Notes: generated by a model not told the origin, from the sequence alone. A DNA stretch of 43,991 nt, filler included, from Jimgerdemannia flammicorona (GCA_003990765.1; 2 parts of 2 records of this genome joined end to end with filler, not necessarily neighbours in it); one strand, 5' to 3'; counted from the first letter of the whole stretch, positions 25,469 through 38,937 are shown. Numbers and translations: made by a program.

Positions 25469-28400
25469 ATGAGACCACCAGTATTCCATAGGTATACCTC
25501 AGATGAATCAATCATTACCTTCATTGATGATTTCAAACAGTATGCTGCTGTAAGGACCCTGACAGCAGCACAGCAAGTAGCCCTCATGCCCTTCAGTCTA
25601 TGAGGTCCTGCCAGAGCAGCATTCATAGCTGCAACCCATACAGGAAATGATGCTGATGCTATACTGACAGCACAGAAGACCTGGCTCCAAAATACATATT
25701 ATACAGATGAGATCAAGCAAGCCCTGAAGGATCAGCTCAATACAATATGCTAAGGAATAAGTGAGGATCCAAACACATTCTATACCAGAATTTGATATTA
25801 GATAATCCTCATGGATTATGCTGCTGCTATCCGAGATCAAGTAGCTGAAGCAACCTTCATGAAAGGAGTTCACCCAGAGATAGCCATGGCCATCCATTCA
25901 TCACCAGTAGTCTTGGATCTGCCACAGAAGGTCACCTATGCTCAGCAATATTGGACAGCCAGACACCCACAAGACCATACAATGGAAAGAGTCACAGGAG
26001 TCAGAATCGAAACACCCAAGGCAACCAGTGTGATCCCTACTATAATGATCAATCGAAACACACCTCAGTCAAAAACTACAGAGCAGCAAAAGAACAGTGA
26101 CCCTATGGAAGAACTTGCCAAGAGATTCGCTGAAATGACCGCCCACCTGGGAGATGTGATAAAAGAAATCCAAGGAAGAAACTGCTGCCCAGTTCAGAAG
26201 TTTGTTGCCACCTTGGACAAGAAGAAAGGTACCTGCTATACCTGTGGAGAAGAAGGCCACTACTCCTATGAATGCATGAGCAAAACCAAGCACAAGGCTC
26301 AACCAAGCAATGCTATACAAAACAAAGAGCAAGCCAATACAATTACCTTCGAGGAAATTGGAGATTCTGATAAAGAAGAATGGGAGGCCTATCTTGCTCA
26401 GACTATTAAGAAGGATGTTTGCAAGGAACCCTACAAGAGACCACCAGGAAGACCCAAGAAGAACTCAGTAGAAAAGCAGATGGAAATGGCCACCAAAAGC
26501 CAAGCCAAAGAGATGGACCAAGATATGGAGCTGGAGCAAGCAGTTCAAGATATTATCTGAGGAACTACCCCAGCCAGTGAAGGAGAAAAAGAAAAGAAAC
26601 TTTGCAAGACCAAGACTTTCAAGTACAATATCTTCAAGGACCTTAGCCAATAAAAGGTCAATGTAACCTTTGGTCAGCTCGCAGAAATCCCAACATTCAG
26701 ACAATAAATGAGGTTTGGACTTGCTGAAACAACCAAGGAGCAAGGATGGAAGATAACTGAGGCCAATAATATTCAAGAGGACTCAGGAGAAGAAAGTGAA
26801 GACAATCGCAAAACCTCTGCCTATGCAATATGCCAAATCGAAGATAGAGTCTTTGAAGTCATCATCGATACTGGAGCAGGAGGATGTCTCCTCAGCAAGA
26901 AAGCAGCAGACCGCCTAGGCTGGGAAGTTGAAGAAGCAATCAAGTTGGTTTTTATCACAGCAGATGGCACAAGAGCCACCCCTCTGGGAAAGATCCGAGA
27001 AGTCCCCATCAAGATTGGAGGAGCAACTATCCCAGTAGATATAATTGTAACCAATGCCACCAACTATGACATCCTCATCAGCAATCAATGGCTCCACAAA
27101 GCCAGGGCAGTAATCAATCTTAATGCCCAGAAGATGCAAATCACCTACCAGGGACAGAAGATATGAATTCCCATCAATGTCAACAAAGGAGTCTTGCCTG
27201 ATATAGAGGAAGAAGAGAGCGAGCAAGAGGAAGCTTATATGGTGACTACTCTGAAGAAAGTTGGATGGACGAATGAAGAAGAATGGTGTAAGAAGATCGC
27301 AGAAGGCTATATACCACAAGGAGTCTGTTCTCATGGGATCAAGATGTACTGTATGGAGCATATCAATGACTACTACCAGTGCACTATCAGAATCAAGAAA
27401 ATCCACCAGGAAAGAAGACAGAAAGCTCTTAAAAAACAGGTCAGAGAAGAGAAGGAGGAGAAAGATGATGAACCACCAGCCCTCCTGGAGAATAGTGATG
27501 ATGAAGAAAAAATTAAGGTCAAGATTCGAAGGACCCACCCTGATGCAGTCCTGCCAGAATATAAGTCAGAAAATGCAGCTGGAATAGACATCACCATAGT
27601 AAAAGCTGTACTAGAACTCCAAACAACCACCCTACTCACAACTGGACTGGAGATGACTATCTCAAAGACCATGTCAGGATCCTCAAGACAAGAAGCAGCC
27701 TGGCCAGAAGTGAAATTACGATTGAAGAAGAAGTCATCGATTCTGACTATACTGGAGAAATCCTACTCATTGCTAGGAATCACAATCTTACAATCTTATT
27801 CCTGATCAAGAAGAAGGACTGATTGGCACAGATGTTGATCTTTCCAATCCTACAACCAAGGATCATAGAAGTCAAGAATTTGGAGAAAATGAAAAGAGGA
27901 AAGAAAGGATTCGGATACACAGGAAGAGGAGTATTCACCAGTACCAAGATCACTGAACTGGAGCATAAGAAGGAGGAAATCACAAACAAGCACAGTTACA
28001 CTATTGGAAATGAATTTCCACTCAAGGAGGAACTCAAGAAAATACTCTACAAATTCGAGGATGTCCTTGTGATGGATTTCAAGGACATCAAGGGAAAGAC
28101 CCCACACTACTATCATGAGGTAGATACTGGAGATACTGAACCAATTTACCAGAAGGCAAGACCTATCCCACCAGCCTACCAAGAATAGCTCAGAGAAGAA
28201 ATCAAGCAGATGGAAGAAGCCAGTATTATTAAAGAAGCCAGCAGCCCCTGGTCTTCACCAGTTGTACTAGTCCCAAAAAAAGGAAGCAAACCTGGAGAAT
28301 TTGCCCCAAGACTCTATGTCAACTACAGAAAGCTCAATGCAGTTACCAAGAAGGATCACCAACCACTGCCCCTCATCAGTGACATCCTTATAATACTGGG

Positions 28401-30639
28401 AGATGAAGCACAGTACTACAGCACTCTGGACTTATACTCAGGATTCCACCAAATCGGACTCACAGAAATGGCAAGTGAAAAGTCAGCCTTCATCACCCCA
28501 GATGGAACCTACATCTACCTACGAATGCTATTTAGGATATGCAATACACTAGCAAGCTTTCAGCAAATGATGAATAAAATCTTCTGCTATGATATGGGAA
28601 GATGGATGATGGTCTATGTCAATGACATAGTCATCTACAGCAAGACACCTGAGGAACACCTGCAGTACATATAGCAGATAATAGAAAGACTGAGAAAGCA
28701 TGGCCTGTATATCAAGTCCAAGAAATGCAAATTTGCGGAAGTTGAGATCTCCTACCTTGGCCATATTATCAATCAAGATGGAATGCACACAGACCCCCTC
28801 AAGATACAAGCAGTAACAGCATACCCAAGGCCCACCACTGTTATAGAAGCCCAAGCCTTCATAGGACTTGCCTCCTACTATTGCAGATTTATCAGAGGAT
28901 TCTCCAATATTGCAGACCCAATCTATGAACTCAACAAGAAGGACACTAAATTCAACTGGACCAGTAGACAACAAAAGCATTTGATGAACTCAAGGTCAGA
29001 CTGACCCAGGCACCCATCCTCAGATGACCCAATTGGACCCAAGAGTTTATCCTTCAGACAGACACAAGTATACAGAGACTAGGAGTAGTTCTAGCTCAAA
29101 AGGAAGACAAAAAAGAGTATGTCATTGCATACTTAAGCTGAGGAACCTGAGGAGCTGAAAAAGAATATGAATTCTACAAGTTGGAATGCCTCACAGTCAT
29201 CTGGGCTGTGGAAAAGTTCCACTACTATCTGGCTGGAAGACACTTCACCATTCAGACAGATCACTCAGCTCTCACCTGGCTACTGACAACTGGACAACCC
29301 AAAGGAATCTATGCCAGATGGATAATGAAGTTACAAGCCTATGACATAACCATTGTACACTGTCCTGGAAGAACAAATTCCAATGCAGATACTCTCTCAC
29401 AGACACCTCGAAAAACCTCCAACCAATAAATCAATTATGAATAAGGAGCTCTACTATGGAATCATCACATATCTAGGACAGTGAAAGATGCCCCAACATC
29501 TGGAAGAATAGATGCAAATGATTATCAACAGAACATGGAAACAATTCGAAACTGATAGACAAACACTGAAGAAAGGAAAACTACTAGTCATTCCAGAACA
29601 CAAGAAGGAGCAAGCAATGAAATCAGTACATGAACTTGGCCATCTAGGAGGAATGAATACATACAACAAAGCAAGAAGAACAATATGGTGGCCAGGAATG
29701 GAGAAAGATATCAGACAATTTGTCAAAACCTGCGACAAATGCCAGAAACAGAAACAAGACCAACAAAACCAAGCCCCAGAATCAGCACATATAAAACCAG
29801 TACCATTTGCCCACATAGCAATAGATGTAATTGGCCCTCTACCCTTGACCCTGGTAGGTAACCAATATATCATTGTCATCATAGACCTTTTTATGAAGTG
29901 GATAGAAGCAGGACCCCTCAAGGAAGCCAATGCACAGTCAATCACTGATTTCTTCTACAAAGAAATCATCTGCTGGTTCAAGACCCCAATGCAAGTAACT
30001 ACAGATAGAGGAACAGAATTTGTGAACCAGTTCTTTAAGGTTCTCTACAAGAAGTACAAGATCCAGCAAATTTGGACTACAGCCTATCACCCTCAAGGAA
30101 ATGGACAAGCAGAAAGAACCAACAAGACCCTCAAGAATGTTATTGCCAAGATCTGTGATAACTATGAAAACTGGGATCACTATCTGCCAATAGCATTATC
30201 TGCTCTCCGAGACATCAGATCACAAAGTACCCACTTTACCCCTTGAGAAATGCTGTTTGGAGAAGAAAGTTCTCAAGAAACCCTATTGTCCAATGGGGAT
30301 GCTGTATGGAAACATGTGGATGGAGAAATGCGGAGACTACACCAAATCAGGAAGAAGGCTGAGGATTACATAATGAAGGCACAGGCACTACAATGGAAGA
30401 ATGCAGAAAAAACCCACAAACCCCTGGAGATTATCAAGATAGGAGACAAAGTCCTGATGTATCGGAACATGGTAGAAGCCTCATGGTCACGAAAACTGGA
30501 GCCTAAGTGGGAAGGACCTTACCTTGTACAAGATATAAAAGGAACCACCTTTTGGCTACGAAAACTCTCAGGCACAATCATCCTCACTACTTTCCACCAA
30601 AACTGACTCAAGAAGTATCATGACCAGTTAATGAAATAA
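25469..30639 (+). pseudogene. gag-pol of Gypsy B
   Basis: CYTCGEEGHYSYEC, IIDTGAG, dUTPase, LDLYSGFHQI, YVND (decayed YVDD), ECLTVIWA, H-x3-H...CDKC, IDVIGP, TDRGTEF, NGQAERTN, KWEGPY; gag and protease in one frame; no chromodomain seen. Confidence 0.93.
27517..27925 (+). pseudogene. dut: dUTPase domain inside pol of Gypsy B (frameshifted)
   Basis: AGIDI, VIDSDYTGEI (shifted frame), AQML, RGKKGFGYTG. Confidence 0.9.
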
Positions 30640-31081
30640 TACTGCTGCCCTCAGAATTACTAGCATGGCCCAGCGAGCCATTGAAAGACAGTAGTGTTCT
30701 ACTGAGCCACCAACAATGGAAGAATTCTTTGACAGCATCCAGAGTATAGTGCAAACATACTTGTCACAAATCTCACATTTCAAGACCTACCAGAACTGAA
30801 CCGAGTTCCAGAAATACTTCAAGTTGGGACAGCTACTGAATTCAAGACTGAAGATGGGAAAAGAAGACTGGATCAGAGAATGTTAGCTCTCCTACATTCA
30901 GATCACAATTGCAAAAAGAGTGCACAAGTTATTCAAAGATGATGAGTCAGCCTTAGCCCACTTCTGAGGAGTAACCCCAGAAGACTTTGGATATATCAAG
31001 AGACAATATTAGAAGGACGTAATGACACAAATCACACAGTATAAGGAAATACAAATTGTAGAAGCCTGGGAATTTGAGTGA
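30620..31081 (+). pseudogene. ORF3 of Gypsy B (153 codons)
   Basis: ATG overlaps pol end as in A; QRAIERQ...DSIQSIVQT...QKYFKLGQLL...IAKRVHKLF..DESALAHF.GVTP...EAWEFE; internal stops are consistent with C>T/G>A changes. Confidence 0.8.
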
Positions 31082-31122
31082 ATAGGATGCTCCAGAGACG
31101 AATCACCTATTCAGGAGGAAGA

Positions 31123-31586
31123 TGTGATGGCTGATCTGAATTAGTAACATGAAACAGAGGAATTAGACATTTGATCACGGTACCTGAATCTGATTCCCAA
31201 TATAGTATAGCCACATAAATAGCAGTCATATTCTGCAAAGTACAGAAACTTTAACATTTGCAAAGATTTAGGAGATATTAGAATCTTTGTAATTAGTAAA
31301 ATCTTAGCAGATGTTAAAAGATTCAGCACTTGCAAAATGAGCCATTACTTAGCCACCTTATAGCTAGCAAACTTGTATAAATAACCCAGCATCCTAGAGT
31401 GAATAAACCTCAGATTGAAATAGTTCAAAGCAAAGAGATAGTAAAGGAACTAGTAAGTCTGCAGGCAGATACACTTCAAACTCATCCACCCCTGCATCCC
31501 AAGGACTCCAAGGGGTCAGAGAAGATCAAGTATTCAAGATACAGAAATCTGACATACTTTCAAGAGTAAGCATCTGCTATGTTACA
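31123..31586 (+). repeat. 3' LTR of Gypsy B
   Basis: Direct repeat of 24885-25348, preceded by PPT. Confidence 0.93.
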
Positions 31587-31590
31587 ATAG

Positions 31591-32275
31591 TGATAGCTTT
31601 CTTCTAAGTTCTAAGTAATGTGGTGGTATATCTTGAGGAGAAATTTTATATTGAACTTTCTATCTAGATATCTAGTAGTAAGTAGAAATTTTAAGTATAA
31701 GAACTGCTTTAATATAGGACAGAAGAGGGAAATTATACAGTTATCTGAATATTGACTAAGTGAGTATAAGATACTTGATAACTTTTAAAGAGAGATTGGG
31801 GGCTATCTGGGAGTAAGGTGATATATTAATAAGAGAGAGTAGATGAGAGGATTTGAAAGAGAGGTTAGTAGAATATATTAGTAATAAGTAACTTACTGTT
31901 AGATAGATATTGGTAATATGAGTAAAGTTGACTAGATACTGGCTATATATATTTAAGAATAAGGAATAGATGATCTTGGGGAAAAAGATCTAATAGTGGG
32001 CATTATGTCTAGTTGGTAGAGGGAGTGGGGCCCTCAGGGTTGTCACTATAAGTACTTAGTAAAAAGGATTTATAAGAAGACTCATAGATAGATTATAGTA
32101 ATTAATAGTATAGTTATATTTAAGAGAGTAAGAGTAGGAGAGAGAGTGTATATTAGAGTAGAGTAGAGTAGAGTAGATTGGGTTAGACTCTTGGTATAAT
32201 ATAGAGACTATGTGTTTATTATAAATTAGTTTAAAGTGAGTCTGAGTAACTATAAAAATAAAAATAAAATAAAGA
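31591..32275 (+). mobile_element. LINE 3' end with A-rich tail, right of Gypsy B
   Basis: Ends GTCTGAGTAACTATAAAAATAAAAATAAAATAAA, matching the 3' end of the 12108 LINE (GTCTGAGTGACTATAAAAAAA). Confidence 0.65.
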
Positions 32276-33290
32276 TGACAAAGTCTCTAATAATGAGATA
32301 TTCTTTACAAAAGCCAAATAAAGATATTCCAATATTTACTAAGAAATCTATTCTAAATTAGAAAGCTATTGAAATATATCAGTAAGCTCAAGATAGTAAT
32401 ATATATAGAAACTATATAAACTACATATATTAATATATATATATAAATATATATATTACAATATTCAACAAGCTATATATATAATAAAGCTATATATAAC
32501 TAATCTAGATAATATAAAAATAGAAGTATATATTTAATAAATGAGAAATACAACTTACTTATTAAGAATAGTATACATATGAGATCAAGTATTTCTTTTG
32601 CTAAATTGTTAAGCAATCAGATCAAAGTAGGTATATAAGATTAAATACAATACTAATTGAAATATAGAGCAGTATAAAGCTTATTTGTTACTAATAGTTA
32701 TTTATAAGATTATAGTATATATTATAATAAAATATTCTTATCAATATTCAAGCTTATTTAGTTAGAATACTTCTTATAATTAGTATACTATATAATCTAG
32801 AAATCTATCAAATAGATATAAAGTAGCATTTCTGAACAGTAATATAAATACTGAACTCTATATCTATCAACTGTAAGAATATGATAATAACAAACTTATA
32901 TATAAATTATATAAGAGATTATATAGTATTAAGTAAGAACTATAAAATAAAAAAATTGATAAATATCTTCTTAATAATGGTTTTATATACTATAATATAG
33001 ATAATTATATATATGTCTAATGTTAATGATATAGTATTCATTAATATATGGGTAAATGATATTATTATTATTATTAGTAAAAATTAATATAATAGAATAA
33101 AGAAAGTTCTATACTAAGAGTTTAAAATAATTAATATTGGTAATATATTCTTCTTTTAGAGATATTAATTATATATAAGAGAAATATATATACTATATAC
33201 CTCTTGCAAATAATATACTCTTAGACTATTCTTAAAAGATTTAATATAAATAAATATAAATCTGTTGGTACTCTAATAGAGACTTATATG
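32276..33290 (+). pseudogene. Second, more decayed Ty1/Copia RT remnant
   Basis: Colinear with reverse complement of 11704-12090 and 4620-5032 (CAATATTCAAGCTTA...CTATCAAATAGATATAAAG), uninterrupted at the A insertion site. Confidence 0.7.
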
Positions 33291-35299
33291 AATATGCTTC
33301 TTTTTCTATTACTATATTGATTATAAGATTTTAGTAGGTAATCTTCTGAGTCTCTTTCCTTTAACTTATTCTCTCTTTATCTCAGATTTTTTTTTTTTTT
33401 CAGTTTTAAGATTAAGGATAAGGGATTGACTCTTTTTCAAGAGACTGAAACCACTCTTTAGATTTATCACTACTCAGGGTTTCCCCAGTAGTAGCCTGAC
33501 TTTATTCACAGAATATATTTTTACAAAATAATACTGTCACTATCAGTACATTGGCCAGTACTTGATAAATATGATATGTTACTCATGGTATGAACTACTG
33601 TATTTGTCATAATAGGTATGAACTCCAGTGTTGCTTGAGGTATAAACTCATCACATGAACTGCAGACTTGCTTAGTTGTCTATATTGCTCTGATCATTCT
33701 TAGGCAGATAATTTATGGGTGATGCCATATATACACTGTGTCTTCATTCTCTTTTTTTTTTTTTTAAAAAAAAAAAAGCTATGACAGAGAGGCTTGAGAT
33801 GAGATAGAATTGGATGGGAGTGGTCAAGGACACCCCCAATCCTATCCTGCCCCCCTGGAGTAGTGTGTGTTTGTAAAGAGTATATGTGTTATAAAGAGAG
33901 CCCTCCAATACTCTTCTCTCAGTGAATTACTACAGGTACTGTACACTTTGGCAGGACTGTCTTTATCTCAGATTAGTTTACTATATCTATTATAGAATAG
34001 TGAGAGAGAGGCAATAGTGATGAGTTGTCTTTATATTAGTATCAGATCTGTACTTTCTCTACTTTTTATAGTTTCTGGTACCTCTGGCTATATCTGTTTT
34101 TAATATAATACTTTCTTCCTTTTACTGTCATTAATATGATATTATCTTAGTATATCATAGACTATATAGAGAGTCAGCTGACCTAGGATATCAAGTACTA
34201 GTATAGGTTATCTGTAGGTCTCTAGTATCTGTAGTAGAGCCCTCTGAGCTTTGGTGAGCTTCTTAGTGAGTATGGTTCTGACATAGGTGACTGTTTTTTA
34301 GATAGAGTCAGAATGAGAGAGAAGATGACTATCACAGATAAGAGAAAGAGTAATTACAGTAGACCAGTAGAGTGTCAGACTAATGATAGTTATCAGAGCT
34401 ATTGTAGGAGCTACTTTAGTAGAGTCTACTGTTTAGTCCAGAATAGTTAAATAGTAGATATTACTCTTAGCAGCTCTTAGTAGTATGTGAGATTAGGATT
34501 TAGTTATTGGAGATTATTAGGGGACTTAAGGCTACCTAGATCAGATATCTTAGCTATATGTAACTAGAACTGAGAGCTGATATGGCAATATTATTGAGAC
34601 CTATAGACTTGAGTAATTGAGTATTAAGGGTCTCCTTCTGTCTTATATATAAGCTCTTTAGAGAGAACTAGATTTTATCTACTGTTCTGTTTTTTTAGAA
34701 GGGATTTTTTTATCTGTTGCTTTATTTAGAGTAGTAGGGGCTTTTTAAATTAGCTTGAATATAGTTTTGTATATATATCTTTAGTCATGAGTATATAGTT
34801 ACTTTCTCTCTAGTAATAAGAAGAGTATAGTATACAGAATGAGATGCAGGCTATTATAAGCCCTGCTGTACCTAGTATAGTCAAGCTACTAGACAATAGC
34901 TAGCCTATATCTTTCTCTAGTATAATTCACATTATACAAACTTCTTACAATACTTTTTACATAGTTCTTTAAAAAAATGTAATAGTAATATAATAATATA
35001 AGTAAGTTCTGACAGATATACTAAGTTGAGCAGATCTGGGGCCTTCAGATAGTAGTATGTTAAAAGAGATTACAGTATGAGATTGGGCTTTTTCAGAGAT
35101 AAGAATAGTTAAAGAGAGTCTGGTGAATATCTAATATCTGATAGGAGTAGTGGCAAGTAGGGTCTTATGAGCTTTACTGATAAGATAAAGCAAGAGATTG
35201 ACCTGATGATACTCAGAGCAATAAGATAAGAGTATAGAAAATAGTAAGTACTAAGAGAGCTGACAGACTGTTAACTGACAGAGAAGATATAGGGGCTGA

Positions 35300-36832
35300 T
35301 AGAGCTATAGCTAGGAGTAGAGATAAGACTACTGTTAGCTATATAACTGAAGATCTGGAAAAAAAAAATCCAGATATAACTACTGATAGTAGAACTAAGC
35401 AGATAGGATGCAGAGAGAAGGGAGATCTGACTGATAATATAATAGGCCTGACAGTGGCTCTATTACTTAAAAAATCAATCTTAGAATTTGTTATCACATT
35501 ATACTTCTGGAGACTAGTGGTAATAGCAAAGATAGTACTGAGACTAATCTTAAAGCAGATGGCTGGAATGGCTTCAGTGAAGTTCTTAAGGGGGAGAGAG
35601 TGGAGGTGGACTTTGAGGAGGCAGAGTTCTTGAAGACAGCCTTGGAGACTAGGTTGGTGATTAGAGAGATAGTGATACCAATAATATACTGCTTGAGGTG
35701 AGACCCCAGAGTGGTGCAGCTCTTGGTAAAAGAGATATCTATAGTAATAATGATTGAGATAAGAAGGAGAGTGGAAGCAGTGATAGCAGAATATGGCAAT
35801 ATAATAGATATTGGATTCAGAGTCTGGGAGGGGATGATGTTCTAGACTGAAGATATGGATGGCTATCTCAGGCTTACTGAGTGAAAGACTACTAAGAAGA
35901 CTTATAACTGACTCTCAGTGATGATGTAGAGAGTATTTATTTGTAAGATAACAAGGATAAAGAGTAGTGAGAAGAAGAAGAATCTATTAAAGGTCCTGAA
36001 GGAGCTTAGTAGAGTAGTAGAGTATAGAGCAGCAGTATAGTAGGCTTATATAGTATTAATATACTTAGAGATAGTGAATGAGAAGAGAATATATATAGAC
36101 AAAGTATTGTGAAAGAAGGCTCAGAGGTACAAGAGATAGTAGAACCTGTTGGTGAGTTTGGCAAATAGGCTTGCAGCATTAAATATGAGCACTTGGGCAG
36201 ATAATAGAGCTAGAGGATTACTGGGAGGTTGCTAAGCATGTGGTGGAAAGTCAAGAGACTAGAGATCAGTGGCTCTATGATGAAGGTATACTTGAAGTTC
36301 AGAAAGAGGAAGAGAAGCTAGAGGTGAGGGCTGATGCTCAGAACAAAAAGAGTATGGAGGATATAGAGATAAGAAGTATATATAGAATTCAGTTTAGAGT
36401 ATCTGATATAGTAAAGAAGAGACAGATGGTTGGTATTATAGAGGATGGACTACAGAATGTCCTAAAGAAAGAGTGGGATGAGTTAGTAAGTATAAGTGTA
36501 GATATTATTATTAGGGGGGGGGGGGAGACTATTGATCCCTAGTGGGAAGTATATTAGAGACTTTTGATAGATAATTAAGATGATGGATGACTTGGCTGCT
36601 GAGGAGCTGGAAGAGGTAAACTTGAGAGTAATCAGTGAGGAATAATGGGTATGAGTGTTGAGAGATAACAGACTAATAGAAAAACTAAAGGCTGAGATAC
36701 TAGCTATCGTTTTAGAGAAGGAAGATTATAAGGTTAATAAGATAAAAGAGACTGAATTAATGATTATAGCTAGATATTAAGCTACTTTCTAATCTAAACA
36801 GCAGCAGGATTTATAACTTTGGCAAGAGATAT
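35300..36832 (+). mobile_element. LINE ORF1 region (diverged subfamily), left of element C
   Basis: Aligns with reverse complement of ~15930-17470 (TGCTTGAGGTGAGACCCCAGAGT); continues at 41043; left boundary approximate. Confidence 0.75.
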
Positions 36833-37038
36833 TGTGACATGCGTAATTGACAACAGAGTACTGGTGACTGCTAAGATCAGATGACATAATGGCATGATAA
36901 TCGAATAGACAACCTGACCCATTAGGTGATCATCCCAAAAGGAGCAATGATAATCTGAGCCAAAAGGAAGACTATGTTATTTAAAGAACCATACTCTGCC
37001 TCAGGAATCAGCACCAAAGAACAAGTACCCACCACACA

Positions 37039-37965
37039 ATGCCTCCTATCCACTGCCCCAACCAGACCTCCCGCCACTCTTCCCCCTTGCCTAGCCCAAA
37101 GACTCTAATCCTTGAAGCTATCAAGAAGGCTATTTGGCACCCAGACACCTCTGAACATCTGAACTTCTACACCAAGGACCTTGGACACTTCATCAATTAC
37201 CAGTATATAATGACCCAACAGCTCAAAGATACCACTGAATGAATGACCCTCTGGCATGATTATGAAATTGGACACCACCTTTGTAATGAAACCCAAGAAG
37301 ACAACCAAGAAGACCTCATTGCCGAAATGTTAACCACCAGCTAGCTAATCAAGAGAGCCCTCTGTGTCTACCAAATCTTCTGCCATATTCCCTGAGCTAT
37401 AGCACACTTACAAGGAGTGACTGCTGGAAGTCTTGCCTGTCTCTCAACTGAAGTTGCAGACTGGATAGAATCAGAAGTAGCCAACTCTATTGGTAGTAAC
37501 TGGGTCACTGTAGGAAGCCAACAAACTGAGCCCACTCAACCAGGCTTTCACACTACTCTACTCTGAGACAACCATCAAGAGCACCTAATGAGTTTCATAG
37601 AAATCTTTGAAGGACCACCCATTACCATTACAATACCTGTTGGAGCAACCCCAACTACTCACCACCCTGTCAGCTACAATTTGCACCTCATCATTTGGGA
37701 ACCAAATCAAGAAGTCTCAGAAGTCTCTACCAATACAGAAACTGAAGGATCTAAGGAAGAAGAAGAGGAGGAACAAAGAATCTACTAATCCTCTGTCCAC
37801 CTTCAAGCAGTCCAAGGGTTGGAGAATGTCATTGAAGATGATTGGCCACAATTCTACCCCCTCACCTCCTGGCCAGCACTCCCACTCTTTGAAGAATAGA
37901 ATGAAGAAGTCACAACCCAGCAAGATGATTGGTTCACTGATGAAGGGTACTTTACCATTCAGTGA
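37039..37965 (+). pseudogene. Element C ORF (~308 codons; ORF3-like domain plus acidic tail)
   Basis: Single frame with 6 internal stops consistent with C>T/G>A changes; HDYEIGHHL...ALCVYQIFCHIP.AIAHLQGVT resembles ORF3 EYFKLGQVL...AKRIHKLFCEDEPALAHLRGVT. Confidence 0.7.
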
Positions 37966-38209
37966 TCCAACATCCGTTTCCTCAGTCTGGTCAGCCAATA
38001 TTTATCAGCAAGTCAGTAACATCCGTTTCCAGTGATATCACCCCCAACAACCGAATCCAGCACTGGTACTCACCTTATCCCAATTCAGTGATCTAATGTC
38101 TGTTTCCTCAGTCCAGTCAGCCAATGTTTGTCAGCAAGTCAGCAACATCCATTTTCAGCGATACTACTCACAACATCCTTATCCAGCACTAGCACTCATC
38201 TTATCCCAA
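37958..38209 (+). repeat. Two 126-bp tandem units upstream of the element C TATA box
   Basis: Units start TTCAGTGATC at 37958 and 38084, with a third start TTCGGTG at 38210. Confidence 0.85.
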
Positions 38210-38283
38210 TTCGGTGCAAACAATTGTCACACCCATATTCAGCAATTAAACCACCACAACGTAGTATACCTTAGCCCCCCCCC

Positions 38284-38337
38284 ATAGCTAGCAGATTTGT
38301 ATAAATAACCCTATATCTTAGAGTGAATAAACCTCAG
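38284..38337 (+). promoter_or_regulatory. LTR-type TATA plus polyadenylation block shared with A/B LTRs
   Basis: TAGCTAGCAGATTTGTATAAATAACCCTATATCTTAGAGTGAATAAACCTCAG vs B LTR TAGCTAGCAAACTTGTATAAATAACCCAGCATCCTAGAGTGAATAAACCTCAG. Confidence 0.75.
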
Positions 38338-38937
38338 TTAGTTTGTGTTTAAAGTAAAAAGGATTACAGAGAAACCTCACTGCCTCCAAGAGACCGGATA
38401 AATTCTGAGAATAAGATAACTAGAGCAATGATTGCTTAAGGTTTGAGTTAAAGAATTTTCTCTTGCCACAGAAAACATTCAAGATTCGCCGCTAAGAAAA
38501 GCCACACGAAAAGTCATTCAGTTCAGTTTAAGACCTGCTGCTAAAGGAAAGTCATACAAAAAACCACCAACCGCCACTGAGATCCCACCAGCCCAACTGT
38601 CATGCATTCGACCCAACTGTCATACATTCGGAGCCAACCGCCATGCATTCGAGACACGCCATTCAAGTGTTAAGACCCCAGCCAAGGAATCCAAGGATAC
38701 TTAGCTTAGGAAAGCCAGCACCATCATCATTCACCTAACAAGCCAGACGGACGAGTTACCCTTTACCCGCTGCGCCACGAACTGTATATATTCAAGAAGT
38801 AATTCACTGCTAGGAAAATTCATCAACCACTAAACAACTGAGCCTTCACCATACGAATCGGATGAACCGATCATATAACCATTGACCCGCAACCATTGCA
38901 AATGCACACAGTCATATACCACATGCTCCACTAAGTG

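Larger units (their letters stand above)
24885..31586 (+). mobile_element. Ty3/Gypsy LTR retrotransposon B, full length, inactivated, dUTPase-bearing
   Basis: 464-bp LTRs 24885-25348 and 31123-31586, TSD ATAG (24881-24884/31587-31590), PBS TGGTGCCCAT from 25352, PPT AGGAGGAAGA 31113-31122. Confidence 0.95.

Noticed and set aside
30620..31081. ORF3 as env or chromodomain
   Set aside because: No signal peptide, transmembrane segment or furin site; no chromodomain aromatic-cage motif, and it is in a separate frame from integrase
33465..33505. 5S rRNA/SINE3-like similarity
   Set aside because: Only a vague few-base resemblance; no internal promoter boxes or fold supported
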